From NCBI GenBank assembly GCA_042091415.1, contig JBELHK010000001.1, positions 4,599 through 68,598 on the forward strand: DNA of 64,000 nt. The letters run 5' to 3'. Source of the DNA: Polaribacter sp. GTDB lineage: Bacteria > Bacteroidota > Bacteroidia > Flavobacteriales > Flavobacteriaceae. Of this stretch, positions 59,206 through 64,000 are shown in pieces. A model generated the notes under the pieces. That model was given only the letters and a program-made list of their open reading frames with translations. It was not told where the DNA came from and did not search any database. The position numbers and the translations under genes are program-made. Position 1 is the first letter of the stretch. Each line of letters starts with the position of its first letter.

Positions 59206-61419
59206 TTAAACCAAACCTTCATCAATTAAAGGTAATGAACGAACTCTTTTACCTGTAGCATTAAAAATTGCATTGCAAATTGCAGGAGCAATAACAGGAA
59301 CTCCTGGCTCACCAACACCAGTTGGCTTTTCATTCATTTTATCCATAATCTCAACATGAATTTTTGGGGCATCTCGCATTCTTGTCATTTGATAATCGAA
59401 AAAATTATTTTGTTCAATAGCTCCATCTTTTGCTGAAATTTTTCCAAATAAACAAAGAGACATTCCAAAAATTGCAGCGCCTTCTAACTGATTTTTTATA
59501 TTGTCTTTATTAAGAGCTAAACCACAATCTATAGTCGTCCAAATATTTTCGACTTTTAACTTACCTTCAATTACCGATACTTCAACGGCCGTAGCTATAT
59601 AGCTATAAAAACTATAGTGTATTGCTATTCCCATACCATAATTTTCAGGTAATTGTTTTCCCCATTTAGATATTTCTGCGGTTTTATTTAAGACATCTTT
59701 CATTCGTTTTGAATCATAAGGATATTTTGATTTCCCCTGAATCACTCTATCTTTTCCTATTAAATTTAAATGAAATTTTACTGGATCTATTTTAGCCGCA
59801 AATGCAAGTTCATCAACAAAAGAATTATTACCAAAAGCACTATGGATGTGAACTACAGAACGCAGCCAGCCAATTCTTAAATGAGACGTTGCTTTTACAT
59901 TTTCTAACCTAAAATTATCTAATTGATAAGGATTATTTGTAAAACCTTGATTCAATTCTAGACCAGAAGCGTAATCTGAAATAGGTTTAAAAGATGAAAC
60001 TATTGAAGGAAAACCAACTCTCTGCAACCAACCTAAAACATTACCATTTTCATCTAAAGCTCCTTTTAAATACTGAGTACTTGTTGCATGATAAAAACTA
60101 TGTTGTATATCATCTTCTCTTGTCCAAACAACTTGAACAGGTGCATTTATTTCTTTTGAAATTGCGACTGCCTCGACAACAAAATCTGATTTTGATTTAC
60201 GGCCAAAACCTCCACCTAAAAAAGTAACATTTACAGTAATATTGTCAATTGGAATTTCGAAAAAATGTGCAATTTCTGCCCTTGCTGTTTGCGGATCTTG
60301 AACAGGTGCCCAAACTTCTATTTTATCTTTTTGATAAAATGCTGTTGCGTTTGGAACTTCCATTGGTGCATGCACTAAAAATGGAACATGATAAGAAGCC
60401 TCAACTACTTTATTTGCATTTTTTAAGGCTTTAGCAACATTCCCTCTACTTCCTGGAACTAATTTACCTTTCTTTAAAACCCTTTCTGCCAAATCCTTAT
60501 TGAATTCATCAGAATTAAAAGATTTATTATCACCAAAATCCCACTCGATATCTAAATCTAATTTTCCTTGAAAAGCAGACCAAGTATTATTGGCTATAAC
60601 CGCAACTCCTCCTAAAGCTCCAAAAAATTGACCAATAGGCGGTACTATTCTATCAAGTTGAATAATCTTTTCAACTCCAGCTACTTTCTCTGAATAAGAA
60701 CTATCAAAACTTTTTACAGTACCAAATGTAACAGGACATCTTGCAATAGAAGCAAATTTTAAGTTTGGTAAACGAACATCTATACCATAAGTTGCTGTTC
60801 CATGTGTAAAATCTTTTAGATCTACACTTTTTAAAGTTTTACCTATATATTTAAAATTTTCAACTTTTTTTAGCTGTATAAATTCATCTTTTGGTATCGA
60901 AATTTTAGAAGCCTCATCAACTAAATCTCCATAAAATATTTTCTCATCAGTTTGTGTATTTACCACAAAATGATTGACCGCTTTGCAATTACTTTCGGGA
61001 ACATTCCATTTGTTTGCTGCGGCAGAAATTAGCATCATTTTTGCTGCAGCACCCATTTTGCGCATTGGCTCTAAACGTGTTCTTACACTTCTAGATCCGT
61101 CTGTGTTTTGATTTCCGTATTTTTCATCACCTGTTGCTTGTTTAACAGAAATATATTTCCAATCTGCTTCTAATTCATCAGCAATTGCAGATGCTAAAGA
61201 TGTTCTTATTCCTTGCCCCATTTCTGAACGTGAAGCAATGAGTGTTATATTTCCGTCCTTTTGAATATTAATGAATAAATTTGGGCTAAAACCACCTTTT
61301 ACTTGAGGTATAAATTTCTTTTTGTCTGATGAAATAGTACATCCTAAGATTATTCCTGATGATGCTAAACCAAATAACTTAACAAAATCTCTTCGATTTA
61401 TTTTTTGGATACTACTCAT
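59206..61419 (-). CDS. Xanthine dehydrogenase-family molybdopterin subunit (IorB/aldehyde oxidoreductase type), Tat-exported
   Basis: Tat motif INRRDFVK with possible lipobox ILGC; SEMGQG, HAPME, LGGGFGRK, PTGVGEPG. Confidence 0.9.
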   Translation of the reverse strand: MSSIQKINRRDFVKLFGLASSGIILGCTISSDKKKFIPQVKGGFSPNLFINIQKDGNITLIASRSEMGQGIRTSLASAIADELEADWKYISVKQATGDEKYGNQNTDGSRSVRTRLEPMRKMGAAAKMMLISAAANKWNVPESNCKAVNHFVVNTQTDEKIFYGDLVDEASKISIPKDEFIQLKKVENFKYIGKTLKSVDLKDFTHGTATYGIDVRLPNLKFASIARCPVTFGTVKSFDSSYSEKVAGVEKIIQLDRIVPPIGQFFGALGGVAVIANNTWSAFQGKLDLDIEWDFGDNKSFNSDEFNKDLAERVLKKGKLVPGSRGNVAKALKNANKVVEASYHVPFLVHAPMEVPNATAFYQKDKIEVWAPVQDPQTARAEIAHFFEIPIDNITVNVTFLGGGFGRKSKSDFVVEAVAISKEINAPVQVVWTREDDIQHSFYHATSTQYLKGALDENGNVLGWLQRVGFPSIVSSFKPISDYASGLELNQGFTNNPYQLDNFRLENVKATSHLRIGWLRSVVHIHSAFGNNSFVDELAFAAKIDPVKFHLNLIGKDRVIQGKSKYPYDSKRMKDVLNKTAEISKWGKQLPENYGMGIAIHYSFYSYIATAVEVSVIEGKLKVENIWTTIDCGLALNKDNIKNQLEGAAIFGMSLCLFGKISAKDGAIEQNNFFDYQMTRMRDAPKIHVEIMDKMNEKPTGVGEPGVPVIAPAICNAIFNATGKRVRSLPLIDEGLV

Positions 61420-61883
61420 GCTAAGTCTTGATTTTTCAATTCAGCTGCTTTATGAATTGCTTTACGAATTCTTGTATAAGTTCCGCATCTACAAATATTA
61501 TCACTCATGGCATTATCTATGTCATCATCTGTAGGATTATTATTTTTGTTAAGTAAAGCTGTAGCCGCAATTAATTGACCTGATTGACAATAACCACATT
61601 GAGGAACATTACCTTCATTCCAAGCTTCTCGTAAGTATCCTAAATTTTCAGATGAGCCTTCTATTGTAAAAATTTCTTTTCCAACTCCATAAGAAACAGG
61701 CATACTGCAAGATTTCGTTAAATTTCCATCAATTAAAATAGAACAAGCGCCACATTGTGCAACGCCACAACCAAATTTAGTACCTGTTAATCCTACAACA
61801 TCTCTTATAGCCCATAACAAAGGCATTTCATCTTGAACATCAACTGAATAAGACTTTCCATTTACCGTTAAAACTTTGCTCAC
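61416..61883 (-). CDS. (2Fe-2S)-binding subunit (IorA type)
   Basis: GTKFGCGVAQCGAC, QCGYCQSG, NICRCGTY; GTG start; 4-nt overlap with the molybdopterin subunit. Confidence 0.93.
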   Translation of the reverse strand: MSKVLTVNGKSYSVDVQDEMPLLWAIRDVVGLTGTKFGCGVAQCGACSILIDGNLTKSCSMPVSYGVGKEIFTIEGSSENLGYLREAWNEGNVPQCGYCQSGQLIAATALLNKNNNPTDDDIDNAMSDNICRCGTYTRIRKAIHKAAELKNQDLA

Positions 61884-61918
61884 TTTATAGTTTTTAAAAG
61901 CTACAATTTACGCAAAAT

Positions 61919-63022
61919 TTAGAACAAAATGCAAACAGGATTTGGAGCATTAATTTCGCTGATAAAAGTTAATTTACCTGTAATAACATCTCTCGAAAAA
62001 CAAATAATATTATTTGAATCTTGATTTGCTACCAATAAGAATTTATTATCTGGTGATAATGAAAAATTACGCGGATTTGCTCCTCTTACATCTTCAAAAC
62101 CAACTAATTCTAAAACACCACCTTGTTGATTTACCTTGAAAATAGCAATAGAATTATGCCCTCTGTTTGAAGCATATAAAAATTTACCATCATTTGAAAT
62201 GTGGATATCTGCTCCTTTAGAATATTCAGAAAAACCTTCAGGAAGCATAGAAATCGTTGAACTTATTGAGTAACTTTCATCAAGTTCTTTAACTAAAGAT
62301 ATTGTGTTATTTAATTCGTTTAAAACGTATATCCATTTTTTATTTGGATGAAAACTTAAATGCCTTGGCCCTGCACCTTCATCCATATTTAATGTTTTCT
62401 GTTTTGTATAAACAAGTTTGTTTTCTGATTTGTCAATTTTAGAAAACCAAAGTTGATTTGTACCTAAATCAATTGAAATAATATCTTCTTTATTAGGATG
62501 AAACCAAGTTGAATGCGCATGTGGCGCTTCTTGTCTTGGCGTTGTTCCTTTACCTGTATGTTGCTGAACATTCAATAAATTAGACAACTCTCCATCGTTA
62601 TTTAAGGTTAACAATCCGATATTCCCGCCAGTATAATTGGCTACCAAAACTTCATTTTCATCATTTACCTCAACAAAACAAGGGTGTGCACCTCCAGTTT
62701 TTGAAGTATTGATTAATTTTAATGAATCTGGCTCTATTTTATATGAACTAATAAATCCTGTTCCATTTTCATCAACCTCACTCACTGCTAACAGTATCTT
62801 TCCGTTTGAAGTTTTTGTTAAGTATGATGGATTTTCAATCTCTGTTTGTAAACCAACCTTTGTTAGCAAACCTTTGTCATCAATTTCATATTTGTAAATT
62901 CCTTTACTCTCTTCATTTGTATAAGTACCAACAAAGAATGGAGTTTTTTTAATTTCGATTTCTTTTGATGATTGACAACTCATAAAAACAATTAATAATA
63001 TTAAGTTAAGATAGCTTTTCAT
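61919..63022 (-). CDS. Lactonase (6-phosphogluconolactonase/YbhE-like beta-propeller), lipoprotein
   Basis: Lipobox FMSC; VGTYT, ANY..G, RQEAPHAH, GAGPRH, LYASNRGH, PRNF. Confidence 0.88.
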   Translation of the reverse strand: MKSYLNLILLIVFMSCQSSKEIEIKKTPFFVGTYTNEESKGIYKYEIDDKGLLTKVGLQTEIENPSYLTKTSNGKILLAVSEVDENGTGFISSYKIEPDSLKLINTSKTGGAHPCFVEVNDENEVLVANYTGGNIGLLTLNNDGELSNLLNVQQHTGKGTTPRQEAPHAHSTWFHPNKEDIISIDLGTNQLWFSKIDKSENKLVYTKQKTLNMDEGAGPRHLSFHPNKKWIYVLNELNNTISLVKELDESYSISSTISMLPEGFSEYSKGADIHISNDGKFLYASNRGHNSIAIFKVNQQGGVLELVGFEDVRGANPRNFSLSPDNKFLLVANQDSNNIICFSRDVITGKLTFISEINAPNPVCILF

Positions 63023-63027
63023 AGGAT

Positions 63028-64000
63028 TTAATGTAATTTAAATACAGGGAGTCTTAAATGCTCTTTTTCGTAATAAGGTGAATTTTTATATATAAAATCT
63101 AATTGTAATCTAGGATTTTTAGCAAAAGAGTTATCGTTCTTTACTTTTTCTTCAAATTTATCTTTTAGCGAAGGATTGTTCTTCAAAATATCTTCTGCAA
63201 TATCTTCAAAAACATAGGAAGAATACCCTTCCTTTTGTTGTAAAATTGTGTCAAAAAAATTCCAGTTAAAAAAAGAATCTGTTGCTTCAGCTTCAAGTGT
63301 TTCTAATAAGTAACGAATCCCATTTTGATTTGTAGGAATAAAAATATCCCCTTTTCTAAAGGAAAATTTCTCAATTTTTGAAGATACTTTTGTATTGTAA
63401 TGTAAGTAGTGGCCTTCATAAGGAGAAGTTCTTGTTTTGTAATCTTCAATATGATTTACCTCTACTGTTAAAATTGTATCAGTTTTAAATCTCTGAAAAT
63501 CAATTTTATTATTCTTTAATCTTTCTAATACATTTAGCCAACCTTGTGGAATTATATAAGCCTTTGGTATTTTAACTTCTTTGGTAACTAAAAAATTATC
63601 ATAGTATTTTACAATTTCTTCAAAAGGTTTAGTTTTATCGTAAAATAAACGTTTTCCATTAGTTACTTTACTATCAACTAAATCTCCTTCGAATCCTTTA
63701 AAATTTAATTCGCTGTAATTTTTATTATCTACCTCGTAATGTATTGGGTATTTTTCTCTATTGAGAATTTCTTGGGTTTTATTTAACCTTAAGGTTTTAA
63801 TTTCTGTAGAATTTTTCTCGGTAAAATCTAAAGCCGAAAATAACAACTCATAAGTTTGCTCAACCCTAATCTTATATGGTTTAAGCATATGAGTTTCTAC
63901 CATTAATCCTAGAGTATGAAAGAGCGTTGTATAGCCTGTAGAATATCTTGGAGAATCAAAAAATTGAGACCAACCTTTTTTAGGTGTTGTTCCCCAAACA
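63028..64000 (-). CDS. M14-family metallopeptidase, 3' part (starts beyond the window end)
   Basis: The frame stays open to 64000 (VWGTTPKKGWSQFFDSPRYSTGYTTLF...VETHMLKPY); LE....DSFFNWNFFD..LQQKE is typical of Bacteroidota M14-like proteins. Confidence 0.75.
   Translation of the reverse strand, partial: VWGTTPKKGWSQFFDSPRYSTGYTTLFHTLGLMVETHMLKPYKIRVEQTYELLFSALDFTEKNSTEIKTLRLNKTQEILNREKYPIHYEVDNKNYSELNFKGFEGDLVDSKVTNGKRLFYDKTKPFEEIVKYYDNFLVTKEVKIPKAYIIPQGWLNVLERLKNNKIDFQRFKTDTILTVEVNHIEDYKTRTSPYEGHYLHYNTKVSSKIEKFSFRKGDIFIPTNQNGIRYLLETLEAEATDSFFNWNFFDTILQQKEGYSSYVFEDIAEDILKNNPSLKDKFEEKVKNDNSFAKNPRLQLDFIYKNSPYYEKEHLRLPVFKLH

Noticed and set aside
1085-62897. Short antisense or overlapping ORFs in the ORF track (e.g. 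1085-1297, 4507-4794, 13888-14214, 17953-18264, 27202-27531, 35629-35952, 52614-53054)
   Set aside because: All lie within well-supported genes on the other strand or frame, have no recognisable motifs, and show composition typical of shadow ORFs.
1-64000. CRISPR arrays, tRNA/rRNA genes, IS elements, integrases, prophage or defence genes
   Set aside because: None recognisable. Intergenic gaps are short (about 400 nt at most) and show no spaced repeats or cloverleaf-like GC-rich segments.

Overview
Very AT-rich, densely coding bacterial chromosome segment. Gene content, T9SS C-terminal sorting domains and recurrent TAnnTTTG (-7) promoter elements indicate a Bacteroidota of the Flavobacteriaceae (Polaribacter/Tenacibaculum-like; inference). 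Most of the window is core genome. It holds a heme biosynthesis cluster (hemA, fused hemC-hemD, hemB, hemL, hemE, divergent AraC regulator, hemH, hemJ), recR, pdxH-sixA-ppx, lpxK, aroE, two DUF368 genes, pyrR-pyrB-rnz, fabH, htpG, a vWA/AAA+ pair, the rsfS-ftsH-cdsA-psd operon, birA, pyrE, SulP, and an IorAB-type molybdoenzyme with a cNMP-gated K+ channel. I found no rRNA, tRNA, IS, prophage or CRISPR. Four signals stand out. (1) A four-gene operon (DUF6607-like, secreted ankyrin, DUF2271 with a flavinylation motif, PepSY-flavodoxin-FNR fusion) sits behind a Fur-like box shared with the heme regulator and looks like a trans-membrane electron-export/iron-reduction system. (2) An unannotated operator + promoter + ~85-nt stem-loop RNA lies directly behind a PAS-LuxR regulator and shares a TCCCCC motif with the leaders of both T9SS-cargo genes. 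(3) An unannotated 26-aa leader-like ORF is followed by a terminator. (4) A sigma54-like promoter with TGTCA repeats precedes htpG. All family assignments come from motif recognition by eye, not from database searches.
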